DNA of 64,000 nucleotides from Candidatus Altimarinota bacterium (lineage in GTDB: Bacteria > Patescibacteriota > Gracilibacteria > BD1-5 > UBA6164). Position numbers and translations under genes: made by a program. Below are positions 25,860 through 36,086 of the stretch, in pieces; the first letter of the stretch is position 1, and each line of letters starts with the position of its first letter. The DNA is taken from positions 10,792-74,791 of the forward strand of contig JAHDHC010000003.1 of assembly GCA_020631485.1 (NCBI GenBank), in the 5' to 3' direction. Under the pieces are notes generated by a model. The model had not been told where the DNA came from. It searched no databases and saw only the letters and a program-made list of their open reading frames with translations.

Positions 25860-26981
25860 ATGGAACACGAAAATACAGAAAATACCCAAAACTGGGAAAA
25901 AAGAAAAACATTCTTTGATTCTTTTAACGAATCAATGGCTATAAAACAAAAGATGCGACTTAAATCAAAACTTATGTTTTATAGATTTATGTCTACCATG
26001 GTCGATTCAGGTATGTCTCTTATAAAATCAGTAGAAGTTATCAGATGACAAGAAAAGAATAAGACAGTACAGATTATGCTGGAGGATGTTATTGCAAATC
26101 TTCGAGCTTGACAGACACTCTCAGCCTCTTTGTGAAAATATTATAATACTTTTTGAAGTTCAGAAGTGGCAATTTTAGAATCAGGAGAAAAAACATGAAA
26201 GCTGAATTCTGTGTTAAAGGATCTTGCAAATCAAATAGAGAAAGTATCCAGTATTTCATGAAAGATAAAAGCAGCCCTGATTTACCCTGTTGCGGTTATA
26301 CTGATAGCATTTGCAGTTGTAGTGGTTATGATGGTGTTTGTTGTGCCGAAGTTATTAGAATTATTTACAGATGCAAATGATCTTCCAGCTGTTACACGTG
26401 CACTTATAGCTACCTCTGATTTTTTTATCAATTCATGGTATCTTATAATTATTGGTTTTTTTCTCATAGTCGTTTTTACAAAAGCGTGGTGAAAAACTAA
26501 AGAGTGAAGATATTATCTTGATTATATTATGCTTAAGCTTCCTATTTTTTGATGACTTACAAAAAAGGTAATTCTCTCAAAGTTTGCGAGAATTCTTTCA
26601 GGGTTGCTCTGAAGTTGAGTTTCTGTTGTTGAGTCTTTAAAAATCGTTTCAGAAGCTTTATGAAATGAAGTATATAGGCAGAGAATAATGCTTTTACAAA
26701 TGGATATAAAAAAATGAATTAAGATATGGGAGTCTTTAGATGGTGATAAACTTTTTCCCCCTATGTTAGTGCAAATGGTTCAGATATGAGAGCAGACAGC
26801 AAAACTTGATTCAACTATTGTGAAGATTGCAGATTTTTATGATGAAGAAGTCGATAATGTTGTTTCTATAATAAACAAGCTCCTGGAGCCAATAATAATC
26901 GTTTTTATTGCAATGGTTGTTTTGTTTATAGCATTATGAGTAATGCAGCCGATAATGTCCCTAACTGAGCAGATTCAGTAA
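25860..26981 (+). CDS. pilC: type IV pilus platform protein (GspF/PilC family)
   Basis: Two T2SSF-type repeats: FYRFMSTMVDSGMSLIKSVEVI...ILESGEKTGKLNSVLKDLA and FARILSGLLGSGVSVVESLKIV...MVQIGEQTAKLDSTIVKIADFY, plus three TM segments. 373 aa. Confidence 0.9.
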
Positions 26982-26984
26982 GCT

Positions 26985-27030
26985 AAAAACAATAAAAAGT
27001 GTGCATATATGCACACTTTTTATTGTTTTT
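26985..27030 (+). terminator. strong terminator after pilC (23-bp perfect palindrome)
   Basis: AAAAACAATAAAAAGTGTGCATA/TATGCACACTTTTTATTGTTTTT. A-run and T-run on either side suggest it can work in both directions. Confidence 0.7.
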
Positions 27031-27299
27031 GATATACCAGGATGCATCAAAATATTTAAATAATTAACCATGTGTATTTGTGAAGATTCTGTGAAATGGC
27101 TGTCACGTTCTTTGACATAGTGCGTTATAGTCAATATACTTTGACCGTTAAATTTTACTTGTGGTTCTTGGTTGCAAATAAATGTAACACAACAAGTTCT
27201 AATAATAAGTTAAAGTTTGCTCATTAACATTTTCCGACTACATTTAAAATGTGTATTGAGTTACAAAGTTTTGAAACTATAAGTTTGTATTGTATTGAT

Positions 27300-27355
27300 A
27301 CAACTTAGGGAAAAAGTAAATTCTGTTTTCAGTGTTTATTTTTTCCCTAAGTTGT
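27300..27355 (+). repeat. 16-bp perfect inverted repeat (hairpin with 24-nt loop) inside a 380-nt non-coding region
   Basis: ACAACTTAGGGAAAAA-(24 nt)-TTTTTCCCTAAGTTGT. A related CAACTTATGGG lies 10 nt downstream. Confidence 0.6.
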
Positions 27356-27413
27356 GCACAACCAACTTATGGGTTAAGGCTTTAACCATAGTATTTCTTA
27401 AAAAGCACTTTTG

Positions 27414-28502
27414 GTGAAAGAAGTATCTTCCAAAAATATAGTTTCTATTTTACATCCTCAAATTAAGGTTGTATGAGGAGCTATGAAACAAATGCTGCAC
27501 ATGGCAGATTATTTGGCGAAAAATAATAGTGTTTCCTTTTATGTGTTTGAAAAAAGTAGTGTACATGTAGATAAAGACTTTGGGTTTCCAATTATAAGTT
27601 TCTACTCTACATATCCTATGAAATTTCTAAGCTTTATTTTAATTGCTTGGCACATTCGAAAAAGTGATATTATTATATGCTGAAATTCTCCAATGCATTT
27701 TGTTGCAATTCTTTCAAAAATTATATTTTGATCGAAAGCGAAAATTATTTGGTGGCATCATCATTTCCCATGGTACTTTCAAGAAAATACTGGTATTACG
27801 ACATATTTTAAAAAAATAATTGAACTTCGTTGTATAACGAATATCGATACTATAGTTTGAAATAGTAGATTTTTGCAAACCCAACTACAAAGTATATACA
27901 AGAGAAAAATCTGATGTATTTTTCCTAGAATTGAAGATATATATTTTGAAACTTCAACAACAATAAAAAACAAAGCGAAAAAAACAAAGCGATTGTTTGC
28001 AGTGTCAAGGTGGGACTCCTGAAAGTGACTGACTGATATATTTAATGTATACGAATCACTTAAAAACAATTTTGATATAGAGCTTTATATATGATGAACT
28101 TGAAAAGACCTAGACAAGTATAAAAAGAAACACGAGAGTGATCCAAATATCAGCTTTTTGTGATATTGTGATTCAAGAACAGTGCGAGATAATCTTTTAG
28201 AGACAGATGTATTCTTATTTCTCTCAAAAATTGATTCTTTCTGACTCGTTATTCTTGAGTCGCTCTTGACTTGAGTTCCAGTCATATCTTACGATAAAGG
28301 AGAAGCGTCATATATTATCAAAAACTGAATAAATTGATATGCACAAGAAAGCATTGAATGATGTATATCAATGCTAGATACCTTACTGCGAGACAGAGAA
28401 CTACTCGCTTTTATGAAAAATCAATCAAGAAAATCTGTTATTTCAAACTATAGTAAAGACATATTCGAAAAACAACTGGAACACATTATTTTTGAGAAAT
28501 AG
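27414..28502 (+). CDS. GT4 family (GT-B fold) glycosyltransferase
   Basis: C-terminal DVFLFLSKIDSFGLVILESLLTGVPVISYDKGEASYIIKNGINGY matches the E-x7-E GT1/GT4 motif. The N-terminal KNIVSILHPQIKVVGGAMKQMLHMADYLAKNN only appears if the start is moved upstream of track ATG 27483, to GTG 27414 or TTG 27411. Frame checked. Confidence 0.8.
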
Positions 28503-28534
28503 TCATTATTTTTATTTCTTAAATATTGTTTCAA

Positions 28535-31500
28535 ATGAACGTATTTAAAAAGATCGTTGCTGGTGCATCTATCTTCGCTGTTGCTGTAGTTTCTACTGCT
28601 TCAGGAGTTAGTGCATACACGAACGCTCAACTAGATGCAGCCAATGGGCTTGCATGAATGGGGATCATCGTTGATCACTCAAACGATCCAATGGCTTACA
28701 ACATGGATCAAACCGTTTTGAGACAAGAAATCGCTGCAGTTGCAAGAGGTGTCTACGAAGTAGACAACTCTATGGCAGTAAATGCTGCAAAAGCAGATTC
28801 TTGTACAAACGCGTTTGCTGACGTATCAGCTACAAACCCAAATACTTGGGCTTGTTATACAGTTGAAGGATTATTAAACAATAACCTTATTGCTGCTAAC
28901 CCTAACTTTAGACCAGAAGAAAACATCACGAAAAGTGAAGCTCTCGGTATGGTTGTAAAAGCTGCTTGTGGAAATGATTATTCATATGATCCATCAGCTA
29001 CAGGTACTTGGCAAGCACAACTTGGAATGTATGCTACTGCAAAAGGTATTGCTACATTCTCAGACTATAATACTGCTGCTACAAGAGGATTTACTTTTGA
29101 AGCTGCTGTAAATGCTATGAATGCTTGTGGAGATTCATCAGATGATACTGATAGTCTTCTCGATGATCTATTAAATGATCTTGGAGGTGACAGTAGTACT
29201 GATACAGGAACTGGAACTACAGGAACTGGAACTACTACAGGAACTGGAACTACAGGTACTACTCCTACTACTCCTGTTGTTACAGGTGGTACTCTTGAAG
29301 TAATGCTTTCTCCAGATACTCCAGCTTCTGCTACTATTCCAGGAGGAGTTAATGGTCTTCCAGTTGCTTCTTTTGATTTCACTGCTGGTGATTCAGATGT
29401 TACTATTTCACAAGTTACAGTAAAAAGAACAGGGCTATCTGATAGCGCAACTATTGAATATATTGCTGCATTTACTGAATTAGGAAGAGCTTCTAATCAA
29501 AAAAATGACAACCAAGAGAACAATACTGAAGCTCAACTAAACCTTTCAGGAGGATGAGTAGTTGTTCAGGCAGGTCAAACAAGAACAATTACCTTTGTTG
29601 TTGATATTCCTTGTGTAAATGGTACTGGTTGTGATCCTACAGTTGAATCAGATGAATTTGCACTCGAACTTGTTGAAGTACAAGCTTCTGCTACTGTTAA
29701 TGCAGTATGAGGACTTGAGGCAAATCTTATGAGAGTAGGTTCTGTAGATGCTCCTGAAATTACTATCAACACAGGTGGAGGATCTCCTGATCCAAAAATT
29801 GGTGAAGAAGGAGCTGAAATATTTGAGTTTGAAATAGATGGTTCTAACAACGAAGATGTTATTCTTAAAGCTATTACATTCGAAGGAAATGGAAACGCTG
29901 AAGATGATCTCATGAACTTCGAACTATACTATGAAAATACTCTTGTAGCTACTACTGCATCTATGAACGATGATTACCTTACTTTCAACCTTGGAAACGG
30001 AGTAACTATCGAAGAAGATAAAACAGAAGATTTTACAGTAAGAGCTGACGTTATTGAGGGTGCTGGTGATACTATCCAATTTAAGATAGACGCTGCACTT
30101 GACGTAACTGCACAGTCAACATCATTTGGATATGGAGCTGCTGTTGATATCAGCAACGTAACTGGATCAAACAACTTTGGTTCTATTACTATCGAAGCTG
30201 GTGAGCTTACTCTCGTAGAAGTTGAACCAGAATTTGACGAAATTAGAGAAGACAAAGACAACATTACTCTTGGTGGAGTAAAAATTACTAACGTAGCTGG
30301 ACAAAACCTAGAATTACAAGAATTTGGTGTAAAAATTACTATGGACCCAAATACTGCAATGGTTGGATCTAATCCAGCTGTACCTGCTACTGTATTTGAA
30401 GATGTAGAACTATACTCTGAAGACACAGGTTCATCATATGAACTTTCTTCTACGAGTACTGGTCTTTCTGCAGTATACTCTGATACTGGTATAGATGTTA
30501 TCATACCACAAGGTACGACTGAATGGTCTATAAGAGCAGATACTGTTGAAGATATAACTGATTTTGATAATGTTAGATTTACTCTCTCTTTCGTTACTGG
30601 AAGTGTAGGTGCTAACGGTGGTTTTTATGTAGAAGAAACTGAAGATAATACTCCAGTTACTGATATAACTCCAAGTTCAATAACTTTCAACTCTATTGAT
30701 GGTTCTGAATCAGGAGTACAAGTATCACTTACTCCACTTGCTGATACTGATGTAGTAAGAGGTGCTGATGAAGTAGTTGCTCTTCAATTCGAAGTAGAAG
30801 CTGAAGAAACAAGTGATGTTGTTATTGATGAAGTTACTGTAAAAGTTGCTTCTGCTACAGCAGCTAGTGGTGTTGCTTCTAACCAAGAAGTAGCTGAAGT
30901 TAAACTTTACCAAGGATCTGTTGCTCCAGGTAACCTCCTTGATTCTGAATCTGGTTCAAACATTAACACTACTTCTGGAGAAGTAAGTTTTGATGATATG
31001 GGTGAAATTATGATTGACGCGAACACTACTGAAACATTTGTAGTAGTTGTATCTTTCGTAGATAGCACAGATGCTGTAACAAATAGTGACTATGTTGTTT
31101 CACTTACTGGACTTGATGTTGAAGATGATGAAAATGATACTATTACAGTTACAAACCTTCCACTTGTTTCTGCAAGAGATATAACTGTAAACAACGCTGG
31201 TACTATTATTCAACTTGCATTTGACGCTGCAAACGCTGATAACGAGTTTAATAAACAAGGACTTGCTGGTGATAACATTGTTATTGCATCTTACGACGTA
31301 AGAGCTGATAATGAAGAGGTTGATGTTGAAACAGTTACATTTACAATCGCTGGTGCAACTAATCTTGCTGATGCTGTTGTAAACGCAACTCTTCTTCTTG
31401 ATGGAGTAGCACTAGAGACTAACTCTAACTCTGATATTACAGGTTCTACAATTGTATTTGATGACCTTACAAACCTTATCATTCCTACTACTACTTCTGA

Positions 31501-32107
31501 ACTAGCTTTGAGACTTAACACTGCAAACATCGGTGACGGATTTGTATGAGTTGCTCAAACTGGACTTACAGTTTCTAACGTAGTACTTTCAGATGCTGAG
31601 GGTGTTGATTCAGGAAAAAACCTTGCTGTTGCTGATATAGCTGCACAAACTGGTGGATCTTCTAAAACACTTGATATCGTAAGTGCTATAGTTACTCCTG
31701 CTGTTACTGACGAATTTGGAACTGATGACTCAACTGCTGAGCTTAGACTTGTTGTTGACGGTGGAATCAATACAGATTCAACTGGTAACTCTGTACAAGC
31801 TGAACTTACAGGTCTTACATTCGAAGTAACAACTGTTACAGGAACTGTTCCTGCTACAATTACTGTATTAAACTCTAATGATGTAGTTGTAGGTAGTAAC
31901 AACTTCAGTGCCGCTGGTACTGTTACAGTAGCTGTTTCTTCTGATTCAATCGGGAACGATGACGAAACATATACTATAGAAACTACAGGTGAAGCTATCT
32001 TCAGATTAACAAGTAACGGTGTTGCTTATACAATCAATGGAGGAGGTTCATTTACTACTCAACTTGATAATAACCTAGACCTTGGTCAAAATGCTAACTC
32101 TAACTAA
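28535..32107 (+). CDS. S-layer-type cell-surface protein (1190 aa): signal peptide, SLH-like region, Thr/Gly linker, many beta-sandwich-like repeats
   Basis: MNVFKKIVAGASIFAVAVVSTASGVSA signal peptide. FADVSATNPNTWACYTVEGLLNNNLIAANPNFRPEENITKSEALGMVVKAA fits the SLH consensus (F.DV...WA....L...gii.g...F.P...iT..EA). Linker DTGTGTTGTGTTTGTGTTGTTPTTPVV. Repeated modules of the type ...FEIDGSNNEDVILKAITFEGNG.... Strongly biased GCT/ACT/GGT/GTA codon use. Only 4 in-frame TGA. Followed by tandem terminators. Confidence 0.8.
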
Positions 32108-32135
32108 TACTTAGTTTGAAATCATTTCCCAAGAT

Positions 32136-32201
32136 CGAGACATATCTCGTTTTGTAATCAAAAAAACCCTTCTTTCTCTTTGAGAAAGTAAGGGTTTTTT
32201 T
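32136..32201 (+). terminator. two tandem rho-independent terminators after the S-layer-type gene
   Basis: CGAGA-cata-TCTCG+TTTT (32136-32153) and AAAAAACCCTTCTTTCTC-ttt-GAGAAAGTAAGGGTTTTTTT (32161-32201). Confidence 0.7.
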
Positions 32202-32270
32202 GTGCCCTAATTATTTATTGCATAAATAGCTGACTTTTGTAGTATAAGCAAAACCAAATTTTAAATACTG

Positions 32271-33104
32271 ATGAAAAAACAAGACTTACAAAACAAAGGA
32301 AAAGCATTTGGCCTTTCAAACTATGAAATAGATACATTGATTATGTATCATTGTAGTATATCAAAAAAGGAATATTTTTTACTAGACATCCTAGACAACT
32401 TTCAAAATATATTAGATGATTTTCAGAGAATATCAGATGGATATCCTCTTGAATATATTACATCAGTATGCGACTTTTATGGGAGAGAATTTTATGTGGA
32501 CAAAAGAGTACTTATTCCAAGAATCGATACAGAATGTATGATTCAGAGGATAAAAAATAAAAATTATCAGACTCCTCTTCAGCATATAGATATATGAACT
32601 GGTTCATGAATAATTCCAATTACATTGAATCTCGAAGGAGTAATCTGTTCATCCCAGTATGCTCTGGATTTATCTTTTGATGCTTTGGAAGTGTGCCAGA
32701 AAAATCTAGAAAAATACAATTTAGAAAAGAGTGTCTTTGTGTACAATCATGATCTTTTGAGCCATTTTGATGCGCTAAATCTTCATCGATCACCAAAGAC
32801 TATGATTACAGCAAATCTTCCATATATAAAAAATAATGATCATGATAATATGTGACTCTCTACTATTGTACATGAACCTGATATAGCTTTATATTGATGA
32901 AAATGTAGTTGATTTGAAATCTATGAGAGACTTATCATGCAGTGTAAAAAAATTGCAGAAAATTGATACTCAATAGATCTTTTTATAGAAATATGATTTG
33001 ATCAAGCGAATCTCGCTCAATTATTTTTAGAGAAACAACAACTAGATTTTGAATTTTATAGAGATAGTGCTACAATACAAAGAGGTATAGAAATACACTT
33101 TTAA
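32271..33104 (+). CDS. prmC: release-factor glutamine N5-methyltransferase (PrmC/HemK)
   Basis: GYPLEYITSVCDFYGREFYVDKRVLIPRIDTE, DIGTGSGIIPI (SAM-binding site, with Gly residues encoded by TGA), ITANLPYI (an NPPY-type motif). 277 aa. Confidence 0.85.
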
Positions 33105-33113
33105 ATACAAAAA

Positions 33114-33776
33114 ATGGGTTTAGAAGATTTTATTCCTCAGGAATCTTGAGAACAATGATCTCAATCTGCTGAAATTGCTGAAAAAATACGTGAATGAATA
33201 AAGCGATGAGCAGCCTGAGGGAAAAGAGTGCGTAAGGACGAAAAAAAAGCAAAGCAATATGATATGTCGCTTGCGAGCTTTTTAGTGAAAATTCTTCTAG
33301 AAAAAAAATATGATACCCTTTTTGACTCTATGTTTGGAAGTATCCACTCGGGAATTCCTTCAAATCTTGTAATGGGAGTTCTTTCTCTCATATATCCAGA
33401 TATAAGTAATTATATCCGTGAATTTTCAAAAAAAGAGATATTGGATTTTCATTTTGCAGCTACAGAGACTATTAACTTTTCTGATGCAGATCTTCCAGAA
33501 GAAATAAAGCAGCGAATTAATGATTGGATAGAAGATATTATAGATATACTCAGGCATGACCCTTCAACAATTCTTGTTCAGAAAACAATTGATGCAATCC
33601 ATCATTCAGAAGAAATATATATATTTTGAACGAAAGTCTTTGTGTACTTTATGAACGAATCAAATATTTATATCCGTGATTCGAAAGCAAGAGATTATGT
33701 AAATTTTATATTCAAACAAGTTATCCTCAAAAAAATAGAAAACAAAGCCTTCAAGCAAGGTCTTGATAAGCTATAA
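33114..33776 (+). CDS. hypothetical protein (220 aa)
   Basis: In frame with track ORF 33228..33629. MGLEDFIPQESGEQGSQSAEIAEKIREGIKRGAAGGKRVRKDEKKAKQYDMSLASFLVKILLEKKYD... No family recognised. Confidence 0.5.
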
Positions 33777-33781
33777 TAAAT

Positions 33782-33809
33782 TTGACTTTATATAGTGAAT
33801 CAATAGAAT
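33782..33809 (+). promoter_or_regulatory. candidate sigma70-type promoter upstream of fusA
   Basis: TTGACT (33782-33787), 16-nt spacer, TAGAAT (33804-33809). This is pattern matching only, in an AT-rich genome. Confidence 0.3.
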
Positions 33810-33844
33810 CTTCGCGCGAGAGAATATCTCACGAAGATTTTTTG
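33807..33844 (+). terminator. hairpin plus T-run between the hypothetical gene and fusA (terminator or leader structure)
   Basis: AATCTTCG-(17 nt)-CGAAGATT followed by TTTTT. It overlaps the putative -10 element. Confidence 0.4.
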
Positions 33845-33879
33845 TTATAGGCAAAAATTTAATTAATAATTGAAATCAA

Positions 33880-36024
33880 ATGAGTAAAAAAACACCACTC
33901 AATATGGTGAGAAATATCGGTATCATTGCCCACATTGATGCGGGTAAAACGACGACAACAGAGCGTATATTGTATTATACAGGGAAGATTCATAAGATTT
34001 GAGAAACTCATGATGGTGAAGGAACAATGGACTGGATGGATCAAGAAAAAGAAAGAGGTATTACTATTACTTCAGCAGCTACAACAGCTTTTTGGAAAGA
34101 TCACCAAATCAATATTATTGATACTCCAGGGCACGTTGATTTTACTATAGAGGTTGAAAGATCACTCAGAGTTCTTGATGGGGGAGTTGCAGTATTTGAT
34201 GGGTCACAATGAGTAGAACCACAATCAGAAACAGTATGGAAACAAGCAGATAAGTACAGTGTACCAAGAATCTGTTTTGTAAACAAGATGGATAAAATGG
34301 GTTGAGACTTTGACATGTCAGTAGACACTATCAAAAAAAGACTTGCTGGAAACAAAGTAGTTGCGATTCAATATCCAATAGGTGCATCAGAAACATTTGA
34401 GGGTATTGTTGATATCATCGAAATGAAAGCCTATCACTTTGAAGGAGACAGTTGAGAAAAAGTAACAGAAATCGATATCCCAGCTGATATCAAAGATAAG
34501 TGTGAAGCGCTAAGACTTGAGCTCATGGAAAAAGTAGCAGAGCAAGATGAAGCACTCATGGAAAAATATTTTGAAGAATGAGAGCTATCAGTAGACGAGA
34601 TCAAAAAAGGACTCAGAGCGTGAGTATGTAAGAACGAACTCTATGCTGTAACATGTGGATCAGCACTTCAAAATATATGAGTACAGATGGTAATAGATGC
34701 TGCTGTAGATTTTCTTCCTTCTCCAGTAGATGTAAACGAATGAAATCTCACAGTTAAGGATGAAAATACAAAAGAAGAACTCAAAACATTTCAAATAGGT
34801 GATGATACATCACTCGCTGCTATTGCTTTTAAAGTAGCAACTGATCCATTTGTCTGAAAATTGATATTTACAAGAGTATATTCTGGTACTTTGAAAGCTG
34901 GATCATATGTGTATAACGCAACTTCAGGGAAAAAAGAAAGAGTTTGAAGACTCCTACAAATGCACTCAAACTCAAGAGAAGAAATCCAAGAAATTTCTAC
35001 ATGATGTATTGGGGCTATAGTTGGTCTTAAAGATACAAAGACATGAGATACTCTCTGTGATATGAATGATAAATTTCTCGTAGAATCAATAGAGTTTCCA
35101 GAGCCTGTTATTTCTATCTCAGTTGAACCAAAAACAAAAGCTGATCAAGAAAAAATGTGAGTTGCCCTCAATAAACTCGCAGAAGAAGATCCGAGTTTTA
35201 GAGTAAGATCAGACGAAGAAACAGGACAAACGATCATATCAGGTATGGGAGAACTCCACCTTGATATTATTGTTGATAGAATGAAACGTGAATTCTCAGT
35301 TGAGTGTAATGTATGAAATCCACAGGTTGCCTACAGAGAGACGATTAAAAATACTGCAACAGATGTAGAACATAAGTATTCAAAGCAATCAGGTTGAAGA
35401 TGACAATATGGACATGTAGTTGTCACTTTTGAGCCGTATACGTTTATGGACGAGGAGGACGAAAAAGCTGAACTCGCCGAGAAACCTACAAACAAGTTTG
35501 TAAATAAGATTACAGGATGAGTTATCCCAAAAGAATATATCCCTGGTGTAGAAAAAGGACTGAATGAAGCATACAAAAGATGATTTGTGGCATGATACCA
35601 AATGGTTGATATCAAAGCAACACTTACATTTGGTTCATTCCATGATGTTGATTCTTCTGAATTGGCCTTCAAAATAGCTGCTTCAAAAGCATTTCAAGAA
35701 GCTTGTAAAAAAGCTCAAGCTACTATACTTGAACCAATCATGAAAGTAGAGGTAAATACTCCAGAAGAGTATATGGGTGATATAATAGGACAGATCAATT
35801 CAAAAAGAGGAAGAATCGAAGAAATGGGACAAAGATGAATGGCAAAAATTGTAAATGCATTTGTACCACTATCTGAGATGTTTGGATACTCTACAGAACT
35901 TAGATCTGCGTCTCAATGAAGAGCAACATACGCGATGGAATTTGATCACTACAGTGATGTGCCTTCAAATATAGCAACACAAATACGTGAAGAAAGAGGT
36001 TTTGTACTCCCAGATGACGAATAA
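33880..36024 (+). CDS. fusA: translation elongation factor G
   Basis: [36 protein letters not shown] (the Gly of KIGE is TGA at 34000-34002), [44 protein letters not shown]. 714 aa. Stop TAA at 36022-36024. Confidence 0.97.
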
Positions 36025-36037
36025 TCTGTATTATAAC

Positions 36038-36077
36038 ACAACAAAAAAAAGACTCATTAAAGTCTTTTTTTTGTTGT
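36038..36077. terminator. bidirectional terminator between convergent fusA and the giant adhesin gene
   Basis: ACAACAAAAAAAAGACT-cattaa-AGTCTTTTTTTTGTTGT, a 17-bp stem. Confidence 0.7.
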
Positions 36078-36086
36078 GAAAAGGTA

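Noticed and set aside
27096-27227. 43-codon ORF (MAVTFFDIVRYSQYTLTVKFYLWFLVANKC...) in the long spacer
   Set aside because: It has no ribosome-binding context and no recognisable family. ORFs of this length are expected by chance in AT-rich DNA. Left unannotated.
29065-31902. Long minus-strand ORFs (29065..29382, 29575..29913, 29974..30504, 31291..31530, 31555..31902) opposite the S-layer-type gene
   Set aside because: These are shadow ORFs caused by the strongly biased GCT/ACT/GGT/GTT codon use of the plus-strand gene. Their translations are low-complexity Ser/Val/Thr/Pro strings. The plus-strand frame is continuous with a signal peptide and SLH-like motif.
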